Shown one piece after another: positions 1-8,035 of a stretch of 40,788 nucleotides of DNA (its first letter is position 1; each line of letters starts with the position of its first letter). A model generated the notes under the pieces. That model saw nothing but the letters and a program-made list of their open reading frames with translations. It was not told the origin of the DNA and did not search any database. The translations under genes and the position numbers were made by a program. The stretch covers positions 1 to 40,788 of the forward strand of contig NZCO01000017.1 in assembly GCA_002686445.1 (NCBI GenBank), read 5' to 3'. The DNA is from a bacterium. GTDB taxonomy: Bacteria; Patescibacteriota; Andersenbacteria; UBA10190.

Positions 1-623
1 ATACCTTCAGGTGTCATGAGCGAGGCCACCATTGACTGTGCATTAAGCCAGTTCACATAGGCTGACTCGAACAGCGCAACCATGTCGTCCTGCAAAATAC
101 TCAGCAGGTGCGTGACGATTCTCGGCAATTCGACGTTGGCGTCCCTACCTTTGCCAGCTAGTCTTACCGCCTTCAGCCGACCGTAATTCAACCCAGTTAG
201 ACGACCTTTGACGCAGAGTACACTGGGCAACCAGCGCCACTGCTCGTTGACACACACTCGGAGACTCGGGTGTGCTTCGGCCAAACCCATAATCGCCGCA
301 CATTCGTCGGCAGTCATAGCCAACGGATTTTCGACCATGACGTGACAACCCGCCTCAAGCGCCAGCTTGATTCCAGGGCATCGGTATCTCCACGGCGTCG
401 CCATCACCAGTATGTCCAGCTGTGCTTTCGCCAGCATCTCCGGCAAGTTCTGATATAAATGATCAGTAAAGCGATCGTTACCATCGTTGAGGAAACGAAA
501 GCTAACTGCCGTTGACTCGTCGCAGACTGCCACAACATCGGCGTCACCAAGGGCTTCAACAAACTTCAAGTGTGCCACGCCTTGCGGTCCTAGGCCCAAA
601 ATACCAACTCGCTTATCTTGCAT
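1..623 (-). CDS. Gfo/Idh/MocA family NAD(P)-dependent oxidoreductase (C-terminal part lost at window edge)
   Basis: Absent from the ORF track because there is no stop in the window. Manual translation from ATG 623..621 gives MQDKRVGILGLGPQGVAHLKFVEALGDADVVAVCDES..., a Rossmann GxGxxG N-terminus typical of the family. GGAAGGAGG SD lies 8 nt upstream. Confidence 0.7.
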   Translation of the reverse strand, partial: MQDKRVGILGLGPQGVAHLKFVEALGDADVVAVCDESTAVSFRFLNDGNDRFTDHLYQNLPEMLAKAQLDILVMATPWRYRCPGIKLALEAGCHVMVENPLAMTADECAAIMGLAEAHPSLRVCVNEQWRWLPSVLCVKGRLTGLNYGRLKAVRLAGKGRDANVELPRIVTHLLSILQDDMVALFESAYVNWLNAQSMVASLMTPEG

Positions 624-698
624 CTTGAGTGCCTCCTTCCGTATTGAAGAGAACGTCTTTTTTCACTATGTGGCACCCGGTGCCAGCCTTATTGAATA

Positions 699-1865
699 CT
701 ACTTTGCGGCGACTCGGTCAAGCACCGGTACAGCTTGGACCGCTCCAGCTACAGCATCCGCCACGCCAGGGGTAAACGGCCCTGGAATTATTTGCTCGGC
801 AGAGGCAACAGGAACTAACGCCGCCAAGGCGTGCGCTGCAGCTACTTTTATGTCATCCGTAATCCGCTGCACCCCCGCATCAAATGCTCCGCGAAAGATC
901 CCAGGGAAGACGAGCACGTTGTTAAGCTGATTGGGAAAATCGGATCGTCCAGTGGCGACAATGGCTGCCCCGCCCGCTACTGCTTCCTCGGGCATGATCT
1001 CTGGCTCCGGGTTCGCCATCGCAAAGACGATACCTTGATCCGCCATTACTTGAATGTCAGCTGCGCCCAAGATACCGCCACGTGAAACGCCGATAAACAC
1101 ATCCGCACCAGTTAACGCGTCACGTAAACTACCGCTGATGTTGTTTTGGTTCGTAATCTCGAGCAAGCGCCGCTTACTCGGGTCTAGATCTTCTCGATCA
1201 AGACTCAAGATACCGTGACTGTCTGTGACAACCAGCTCACCAACCCCGTACCTATGCAGCAGCCTCGCTGTGGCAGTACCTGCCGCACCCGCCCCGGTTA
1301 TAACGACGCGAATGTCAGATCGCTCCTTGCCGACTACTTTTAGGGCATTAATCAGGCCGGCTAAGACCACGATGGCTGTGCCGTGCTGGTCGTCATGGAA
1401 AACAGGAATATCTAAGGCTTCGATAAGTCGCTCTTCAATTTCGAAACAGCGAGGCGCGGCAATGTCCTCAAGATTAATGCCGCCAAAGGTCGGGGCGATA
1501 TTAATCACAGTCTCAACAAATTCATCGACATCTTGTGTGTTTATGGCAATGGGAAACGCCGTTACATCCGCAAACTCCTTAAACAGGGCGGCCTTGCCTT
1601 CCATAACCGGCAGCGCAGCAGCGGGGCCTATATCACCAAGGCCAAGTACGGCACTACCGTCAGTAACTACCGCCACCATACGTCGCGAAGACACTACGTC
1701 CGCTGCTGCTACCCGCCCATCAGCCACCGCACGACTCACTTCAGCTATACCTGGTGTGTAGGCAAGTGATAGTTCCTCCTGATTAGTAACAGGCATCGTA
1801 GGCACCACATCAAGTTTGCCACCTGACTGCTGGTGGCGTTTCAGACTTTCGGTGTAGTAATCCAT
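699..1865 (-). CDS. NAD(P)-dependent malic enzyme, short form without PTA domain
   Basis: Motifs [26 protein letters not shown] and ITGAGAAG. Start moved from ORF-track 1916 to ATG 1865 (MDYYTESLK...), which has a TACCAT hexamer 7 nt upstream. ATG 1874 is an alternative start. Confidence 0.85.
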   Translation of the reverse strand: MDYYTESLKRHQQSGGKLDVVPTMPVTNQEELSLAYTPGIAEVSRAVADGRVAAADVVSSRRMVAVVTDGSAVLGLGDIGPAAALPVMEGKAALFKEFADVTAFPIAINTQDVDEFVETVINIAPTFGGINLEDIAAPRCFEIEERLIEALDIPVFHDDQHGTAIVVLAGLINALKVVGKERSDIRVVITGAGAAGTATARLLHRYGVGELVVTDSHGILSLDREDLDPSKRRLLEITNQNNISGSLRDALTGADVFIGVSRGGILGAADIQVMADQGIVFAMANPEPEIMPEEAVAGGAAIVATGRSDFPNQLNNVLVFPGIFRGAFDAGVQRITDDIKVAAAHALAALVPVASAEQIIPGPFTPGVADAVAGAVQAVPVLDRVAAK

Positions 1866-1872
1866 GTTGCCC

Positions 1873-1895
1873 ATGGTACGACAGCACCATAGGAT
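1873..1895. promoter_or_regulatory. Back-to-back -10 hexamers for divergent leaderless genes: TACCAT (minus, 1873..1878) and TAGGAT (plus, 1890..1895)
   Basis: TACCAT lies 7 nt before ATG 1865 on the minus strand. TAGGAT lies 6 nt before ATG 1902 on the plus strand. Only 36 bp separate the two start codons and neither has an SD. Confidence 0.45.
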
Positions 1896-1901
1896 AGAAC
1901 A

Positions 1902-2840
1902 ATGACTATGACTCACGAACTTGGCAGTACTGGCTTAATGGTTTCCCCCGTCGGTTTGGGAACTGTTGAAATAGGGCTGGCCTATGACATTGAAGATGCG
2001 TCTCTGCCGTCAGAGACTGAGGCGGAAACCATCTTAAAGTCAGCAATTGAGCTGGGCATTACCTACATCGACACCGCCCGAGGCTATGGCCTTGCTGAAG
2101 AGCGGATCGGCAAGTCAGGCATTGCTAAGCAGGACGGGGTCGTCATCGGCACCAAGTGCGGTCAATTTTTAGAGCAAGGCGAAGATCCACATGGTAGACA
2201 ACTGGCGGAGCGCATCCATGACGAAGTAACGACCAGCCTGAAATTACTGCAAACTGATTCGCTACAGCTGGTCCAGCTACATGGAGGGAGCAAGGAGCAA
2301 ATTGAGCGCGGAGAACTAGTCAGCGTAATGCAGGGACTTAAGGAAGATGGATTAGTGCAGCACGTAGGTATCGCTGTCCGGGGTGAGGAGGCAGCGCAGG
2401 CAGCACTCGATAATGGTTTTTTTGAGACAGTACAGCTGGCCCATAGCATCTTGGACCAACGTATGGCCCCAGCGGTGTTATCTAATGCTAGCGCCCACAA
2501 CATTGGCGTTATCAACCGGTCTGTGTTGCTCAAAGGCGCGCTGACTCCGAAGCGCTCGGCATTGCCAGATGACCTCGCGCCATTGGTAGCGGCGGCTGAT
2601 GCGGCGGAGGCAATTGCTACTGCGGCCGGTCTCGATTTGCCTACGTTGGCCCTGCGCTTTGTCTTCTCCAATCCAGCGGTAACGACCGCGTTAATCGGTA
2701 CTATCAAGCCCCATCACTTAGAATCGGCTTTAGCCGCCGCGGCAGCAGGACCATTGCCAGATGACATCATATCTGAGCTACAAAAAATCGGGCTCACTGA
2801 CCCGAAACAGGTGGACCCAAGTAATTGGCCCACTACCTAA
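1902..2840 (+). CDS. aldo/keto reductase family oxidoreductase
   Basis: N-terminus LGSTGLMVSPVGLGT, IDTARGYG motif, about 310 aa TIM-barrel AKR length. Confidence 0.85.
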   Translation: MTMTHELGSTGLMVSPVGLGTVEIGLAYDIEDASLPSETEAETILKSAIELGITYIDTARGYGLAEERIGKSGIAKQDGVVIGTKCGQFLEQGEDPHGRQLAERIHDEVTTSLKLLQTDSLQLVQLHGGSKEQIERGELVSVMQGLKEDGLVQHVGIAVRGEEAAQAALDNGFFETVQLAHSILDQRMAPAVLSNASAHNIGVINRSVLLKGALTPKRSALPDDLAPLVAAADAAEAIATAAGLDLPTLALRFVFSNPAVTTALIGTIKPHHLESALAAAAAGPLPDDIISELQKIGLTDPKQVDPSNWPTT

Positions 2841-3583
2841 CGCGACCGCCAACCTGCATCAACAACTAGCGTTTCTCCAGTCATGCCGCGTGAGGCAGGA
2901 GAGCAAAGGAATACGAGCGCGTCTGCGACTTCTTCAGGTGTATTCATGCGATCCAAAGACGTGTGTTCCTTATACTTATCGACAAACTCATCATCGTGCT
3001 CGTTAAAGACGCCACCGGGTGCCAGCGCGTTCGCTCGAATCCCATCGACACCAAACTGTGAGGCGATCTGACGAGTCAGCATGATTAAGCCAGCTTTGGT
3101 AATAGCGTAATCAATTGGCTTCTCAGTTCCGACTGGGTACACCTCTTTGCGTGGCGGTGTCACCCCATAGAACGAGGCAACATTCACTATCGTGCCCCCA
3201 CCCGCAGTTTTCATCTGTCGTACCGCAGCTTTACACACCCGCCAGGCGCCCAGCAGGTTTACGTCCACGCTCCCCTGCATAGCTTCTTCCGGGTAGTTCG
3301 TAAACTCCAACTGGTTCTGCTCGGCCTTGGGATCAAACTTCGGGTCCCGAGCCGCATTGTTTATCACAACATCAATTTTTCCGTGCTCCGCAACAACTCT
3401 GGCGAACGCATCATCAATCGACTGTTGATCAGTCACATCCATAACAACATCCGCGTCAGCAAGATCGGTCACGACTACAGTAGCTCCCGCAGCAGTCAAC
3501 GCCTCAGTAAAGTAGCCGCCTAAGAAACCAGCGCCACCAGTAATTAGAATGACGGCATCTTGTAGATTAGTTGTGGGAGCCAT
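2837..3583 (-). CDS. SDR family oxidoreductase
   Basis: TGGAGFLG dinucleotide motif, NNAA, and YAITK (YxxxK) catalytic motif. 248 aa. Its 3' end overlaps the convergent AKR gene by 4 bp. Confidence 0.85.
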   Translation of the reverse strand: MAPTTNLQDAVILITGGAGFLGGYFTEALTAAGATVVVTDLADADVVMDVTDQQSIDDAFARVVAEHGKIDVVINNAARDPKFDPKAEQNQLEFTNYPEEAMQGSVDVNLLGAWRVCKAAVRQMKTAGGGTIVNVASFYGVTPPRKEVYPVGTEKPIDYAITKAGLIMLTRQIASQFGVDGIRANALAPGGVFNEHDDEFVDKYKEHTSLDRMNTPEEVADALVFLCSPASRGMTGETLVVDAGWRSR

Positions 3584-3585
3584 AC

Positions 3586-4230
3586 TTATTTTCCCCGTGC
3601 CGAATCAATCGCTGCCTGCAATCCATGGACAGAATATTGGTCTTGGTACTGGACGCCGTTAATATACAAAGTTGGCGTGCCACGAACACCGAGAATGTTG
3701 CCATCTGTTCTGTCGTCACCAACTTCGCTGCGATATACCGCTTCATCCAACTCACTGGTAAATCTAGACACGTCTAGACCCACTGTTCCAGCATGAGTGA
3801 TCAAGTCGTCTCGAGTAAGTTGCGACTGATTTTCAAATAAGAGGTCATGATACTCCCAGAACTTGCCTTGCGCGTTAGCTGCGAGTGACGCTTCCGCAGC
3901 ACCTTGGGCAAACTCATGTATCTGCGTCAGCGGGAATTGGCGAAATACAAAACGGACGTCTGGGTTTGCTTCTTTCACTAATTCCAGCACGGGATGTAGC
4001 GACCCACAGGCGGGGCACTGAAAGTCAGCAAATTCGACAACAGTCACAGCGGCGTCTGCTGGTCCAGCGAAAGGACTATGTGCGCGGACTAAGCGCTCAC
4101 TATCAACGACTTCATCCACACTACCTGCTGGTGCGTTACCTCGCCCGGCGAAGAACCCGCCCGCAACAATGATCAGAATAGTAACGGCAAGTACGCCGAT
4201 GAGCGTTTTAGTCTCTGTTGTTATTTCCAT
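3586..4230 (-). CDS. membrane-anchored DsbA-family thiol:disulfide oxidoreductase
   Basis: N-terminal TM helix, FQCPAC active site and a DsbA-like helical insertion (FWEYHDLLF). Confidence 0.85.
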   Translation of the reverse strand: MEITTETKTLIGVLAVTILIIVAGGFFAGRGNAPAGSVDEVVDSERLVRAHSPFAGPADAAVTVVEFADFQCPACGSLHPVLELVKEANPDVRFVFRQFPLTQIHEFAQGAAEASLAANAQGKFWEYHDLLFENQSQLTRDDLITHAGTVGLDVSRFTSELDEAVYRSEVGDDRTDGNILGVRGTPTLYINGVQYQDQYSVHGLQAAIDSARGK

Positions 4231-4619
4231 GGTTTAAACCATACAAGCAGAAACGCCACCAGGGCAAGTAGCGCACTAACCACACACCACATACACCACG
4301 CGTCGATGACAAATGCCTCTATGTACGTGAGTCCAGCCGATACCACTAAACCAGCGGCGGTTAGGAGCGATAAGGGCCAACGAATCCATGACCGATTAAC
4401 TGGCGTTGCCATCAATGCTGACACCGCGAGTAGTAGGTAGAACAACAGCCCATAGGCAGGAGTTGGAACACCGAGAAACGAAGCGTACTGGCTGGCGCGT
4501 ACCGTGTCGCAGCCATGGCCCACCCCACACTCAATTGGTCCGCCCGAGGTGTACGTGACAAACAGGTAGCCGGACACGAGCAACCCAAGCACGGCGATTA
4601 AAAAAAGTGGGATGCGCAT
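4221..4619 (-). CDS. vitamin K epoxide reductase (VKOR) family protein
   Basis: Four predicted TM segments, loop cysteine pair CGVGHGC and CMWC (CxxC) in the last helix. Overlaps the downstream dsbA-like gene by 10 nt. Confidence 0.8.
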   Translation of the reverse strand: MRIPLFLIAVLGLLVSGYLFVTYTSGGPIECGVGHGCDTVRASQYASFLGVPTPAYGLLFYLLLAVSALMATPVNRSWIRWPLSLLTAAGLVVSAGLTYIEAFVIDAWCMWCVVSALLALVAFLLVWFKPWK

Positions 4620-4628
4620 GAATCTAGA

Positions 4629-5423
4629 TTAAGCACGCTTGCGCGCGACTACCACCATGCCGGTCGAGGCGATCCACGGCGAAATGAGATTGGCGATGGT
4701 CTTTACCGTCATGCCCGCAATGTTCAGTTGATACGGCTCCTTACCGCGTAAGAACTTGAAATCAATCCACAGCCCGTAATGGCTGCCCGGGGTAGGCAGG
4801 TCATGCGGAGCAACGGCCTCCACGTCGAAGCCAGCCGCCTTAATACCGCGCACGAACGAACTTCGGTCAAACAAATAGTTAGCAAACGTGGCTTCTCTGC
4901 CCGCAGCAGATAGCAGTAGGTGCTGTAGCCGCTTCAGTGGAATATATAGCAGTCGCCGGAGCGTATTTACTATGGGCACTTCGATAAACAAGAATCCGTC
5001 ATCGCGTAAGACACGATGCATCTCTTTGAGCGATTCCGAGACGGTGCCATCCTGATACTCCAGTAAGCCCACCGCCAGTAGTCCATCAAAATTGTTGTCG
5101 ACGTAGGGCAAGCGGTTAGGCTCCCCAACCTTTAACTGCAAGTCCGGACTATATTCAGTCAGCGCGCGAATAACGCGGGCGGCGCTATCAATACCCTGCA
5201 CCGAATATCCTTCCTCGTGGAGAAACAGCACCCAGCCGCCAATGCCACAACCAACATCAAGATAGTTGCCGCTGCGCACTAACTGCTTTTCTAAGAGCGG
5301 CCAAAATCCTTGCTGGCGAAACTGATCACTGCTTTTACCTGCAATATGCGACTGCGCATATTTGTCCTCCCAATGCTGTTTGGGATCGAATCCAGGAGCG
5401 TAGAATTTTTTTAGTCTATACAT
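4629..5423 (-). CDS. class I SAM-dependent methyltransferase
   Basis: LDVGCGIGGW motif I followed by an acidic residue in HEEGYSVQGID. 264 aa. Confidence 0.75.
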   Translation of the reverse strand: MYRLKKFYAPGFDPKQHWEDKYAQSHIAGKSSDQFRQQGFWPLLEKQLVRSGNYLDVGCGIGGWVLFLHEEGYSVQGIDSAARVIRALTEYSPDLQLKVGEPNRLPYVDNNFDGLLAVGLLEYQDGTVSESLKEMHRVLRDDGFLFIEVPIVNTLRRLLYIPLKRLQHLLLSAAGREATFANYLFDRSSFVRGIKAAGFDVEAVAPHDLPTPGSHYGLWIDFKFLRGKEPYQLNIAGMTVKTIANLISPWIASTGMVVVARKRA

Positions 5424-5454
5424 ATATAAAGCCTAGTGGGTTATGGGTTTCACC

Positions 5455-7344
5455 TCAACGTAAATATGGTTTGAGGTGCTCCATCGCCTGCAGAAACCCA
5501 CGGCCACCCCGTAAATGTCCCTGCCAGATTTCGGGCACCATCGTGTTGGTATAGTTCTGCAGTGGCGCCAGGACCGCCTTCCAGTCAATGTCCCCCTCCC
5601 CAATTTGCAGACCTTCGTCGCCAATGCCTGCCCCATCAGCAATGTGTAGGTGGGCAATGAACGGAGCCAGTCGCTTTACCGTGTCAGCCAGGTCGACAGT
5701 AGCCGCATTACAAGCTAGCGCGGCGTGTGAGGTATCAAAACACATTCGATATTTGTGTTGGCGCAAAAATGTTTCAATCTCTTCCCCCAATAAGAAAATG
5801 TTGCCGACCCACTCGCCGCCAAACACCCACGGTCGCGGCGGTAGGTTTTCTGGCAGCAGTTCAACACCATCGGCCTTGGCTGACAGCTCGGCCAATGTGA
5901 TCGCAAAGCGATCAAGTAGACGCTGAGGATCACTATCCGGCTCCAGGGTAATACCGCCGGGATGAATGATCAGCTTGGGTGTGCCAACGAATGACTCTCC
6001 GAGTCGCTTGGTAAGCTCAACGGCACGGTGCAACGTCGACCGACTGACAGACAGTACGTCGGGATCTGCCGAAGAGGGATCAAGATAGGTGCGATGCATG
6101 TATTCGGGGGCGTGGACCACTAGCTCCTGTGCGTAACTACCCTGTGGCAACGGCTCGTCTAGATCTTTATCACTTAAGTGAAACTCGAAGACTTTCGGTC
6201 CGTACGGTAGATAGCGCTGAAAGTCCTCGTTGACCCGCACGACCGGACCCCATTTCCATGAGATGTCCGTCCCAGTGAAATTTTCTAGAATACTATCCGC
6301 TGATAGGTCGTCTTCGGTAATCGCATCCCCGGGAAAGATGTCCCTTGGCGCCACGAGGTCGACTACTTCTTGCATGCGCTGCGGCGATACTCCCTTTGCC
6401 GGGCTTTTGGTACTGAGCATCTCGCGCGTTATGCTCGTTCCCTCTGGAATAGTCGTCGCGGCAACTATGCTTTTGCCCAGTATTTCGCGATTCATGATCT
6501 CGGCTCGCGTCATTATCTTCTTGCCAGTTCCTAAGGCCTGCGTGATCTCACGGATACCGACCACCAATGCCTTAAATTCAACGGGGTCGAGACTGGCTTT
6601 GTGATCGGGTCCATCCAGAGTCTTATCCACGGTTAAATGGCGCTCTACGATAGTCGCCCCACGTGCGACTGCGGCGTGCGTCACCGCGATGCCGCGCTCA
6701 TGGCCAGAATAGCCTATCGGTACGCCACGCTCGGCCAGTGCATCCATATATTTCAAATTCACCTCGTCGAACGGCGCGGGATAGGTGTTGTTTGCGTGTA
6801 ATAACGCGAATTCAGCGCCCAGCTTTTCCATCAGCGACACGGCATGATCGACTTCCTCTTGCTTACTCATGCCCGTGGAGAGGATCATGGGCTTTCCAGT
6901 AGCCGCCAGTAGCTCGAGCAATTCGTCATTCGTCATGTCCGGCGAGCCGACCTTGTAGAGCGGAATGTGCAACTGTGCTTCGACTTCTTTGAGGCTGACT
7001 GGATCCCAGGGATTCACCAGGAAGATAATGTCTTTCTTCTGGGCATAGGCCTCAAGTTCTACAAAGGCCGCCGCGGGTAATTCAAATTCCTTGAGCAACG
7101 GGATGAGGTATTGATACTTCTGCTCGTATTTGTTCGGATTCGCCAGCACCTTTTCCTGATACACCTCAGCTAAATTACGACGTTGGAACTTCACCGCATC
7201 AGCCCCCGCTGCGACTGCACCATCGATTATCTGTTTAGCTCGGCTGACGCTGCCATTATGGTTCAAACCGCCCTCAGCAATAACAAACACGGGATGTCCC
7301 GAGCCTATACTCCGATCGCCTACTGTCAAAACCTTGGTCGACAT
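5455..7344 (-). CDS. NeuB-family (sialic-acid-synthase-like) PEP aldolase + SAF domain fused to a xylose-isomerase-like TIM barrel
   Basis: N-terminus VFVIAEGGLNHNGS...AGADAVKFQ is NeuB/PseI/SpsE-like. The middle part IVAATTIPEGTSITREML resembles a SAF domain. The C-terminal ~270 aa (HAPEY, IIHPGG, FDTSHA, HLHIADG...GEGDIDW) resemble an AP_endonuc_2 / sugar-phosphate isomerase barrel. Confidence 0.75.
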   Translation of the reverse strand: MSTKVLTVGDRSIGSGHPVFVIAEGGLNHNGSVSRAKQIIDGAVAAGADAVKFQRRNLAEVYQEKVLANPNKYEQKYQYLIPLLKEFELPAAAFVELEAYAQKKDIIFLVNPWDPVSLKEVEAQLHIPLYKVGSPDMTNDELLELLAATGKPMILSTGMSKQEEVDHAVSLMEKLGAEFALLHANNTYPAPFDEVNLKYMDALAERGVPIGYSGHERGIAVTHAAVARGATIVERHLTVDKTLDGPDHKASLDPVEFKALVVGIREITQALGTGKKIMTRAEIMNREILGKSIVAATTIPEGTSITREMLSTKSPAKGVSPQRMQEVVDLVAPRDIFPGDAITEDDLSADSILENFTGTDISWKWGPVVRVNEDFQRYLPYGPKVFEFHLSDKDLDEPLPQGSYAQELVVHAPEYMHRTYLDPSSADPDVLSVSRSTLHRAVELTKRLGESFVGTPKLIIHPGGITLEPDSDPQRLLDRFAITLAELSAKADGVELLPENLPPRPWVFGGEWVGNIFLLGEEIETFLRQHKYRMCFDTSHAALACNAATVDLADTVKRLAPFIAHLHIADGAGIGDEGLQIGEGDIDWKAVLAPLQNYTNTMVPEIWQGHLRGGRGFLQAMEHLKPYLR

Positions 7345-7391
7345 TGCTAGTGGTTATAATACAGCACTTGCGTGCCTGTCGAGGGTGATTA

Positions 7392-8012
7392 TTAGCTCGC
7401 GCGTAGGACACAACGTGCCGGGGCGCCATCGAGATCCCACTTAATGGGCAAACACAGCAGTTCATACGTACCAGCGTCCACCTCCGCCAGCCACAGCCCT
7501 TCAACGATAACGACGTTATTATCAATAAGTATTTCGTGCACCTGGTTTTTCGTGCCCCGTTTGCGAATCGAGAGGGCGTCCAAGCCAACTAACTGCAAGC
7601 CCCGAGCCACGCACTCTTCGGCAGCAGAATCATCCAAAGCCACGAAATCATCGTCGAATGTGTTCGGATCCCTGTTAGAGTTGCGTGTCTTAAAGAGAAC
7701 GCGAGACTGAGTCGTCTCGGGAATGTCAGCAGCGGTAATAACCGATTCCAGATGAGACACGTCAACCACTTCACACTGCCCGTTCATCTGCGATAGGTCG
7801 TAGGTCAACGCCCCGGGCCCATCGGCATGAATATGGTGCGGTGTATCGATGTGCGTACCGGTGTGGGTGCCCAGCGTAACTTTGGACAGTGTGTTTTTTC
7901 CCTCGCCTGCTTCTTGCAACAACTCAAACTCAACGGCAGCGTTATTAGGATAGATAGCCATGTCAGGACTGATCTCCCGAGTAATATCTAGCAGTTGTGT
8001 ATCGTCATTCAC
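7392..8012 (-). CDS. cyclase family protein (kynurenine formamidase-like)
   Basis: HTGTHIDTPHH metal-binding motif. 206 aa. GTG start. Confidence 0.75.
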   Translation of the reverse strand: MNDDTQLLDITREISPDMAIYPNNAAVEFELLQEAGEGKNTLSKVTLGTHTGTHIDTPHHIHADGPGALTYDLSQMNGQCEVVDVSHLESVITAADIPETTQSRVLFKTRNSNRDPNTFDDDFVALDDSAAEECVARGLQLVGLDALSIRKRGTKNQVHEILIDNNVVIVEGLWLAEVDAGTYELLCLPIKWDLDGAPARCVLRAS

Positions 8013-8020
8013 ACCTTAAT

Positions 8021-8029
8021 TGGTACACT
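8021..8029 (+). promoter_or_regulatory. extended -10 (TGGTACACT) for a leaderless zwf mRNA
   Basis: TGnTAnnnT lies exactly 6 nt upstream of ATG 8036, with no SD. Confidence 0.5.
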
Positions 8030-8035
8030 AGTACG

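Noticed and set aside
1225-1761. Long antisense ORFs inside confidently assigned genes, for example 1225..1761 +, 2162..2707 -, 5588..5926 +, 6230..6604 +, 16454..16915 +, 22798..23100 +, 24431..24898 +, 28087..28554 -, 35061..35462 + and 39997..40614 +.
   Set aside because: Each lies entirely within, and antisense to, an ORF with clear family motifs. Their translations are low-complexity (Ser/Pro/Arg/Ala-rich) and no SD or promoter signal is present. They are typical shadow ORFs.
3081-3090. ATGATTAAG, a match to the left half of the proposed ArsR operator, inside the SDR gene.
   Set aside because: There is no CTTAA partner at the 6-nt spacing (TTGGT instead). It is deep inside a coding region, where it encodes AGLIM on the minus strand, so it is probably a chance half-site.
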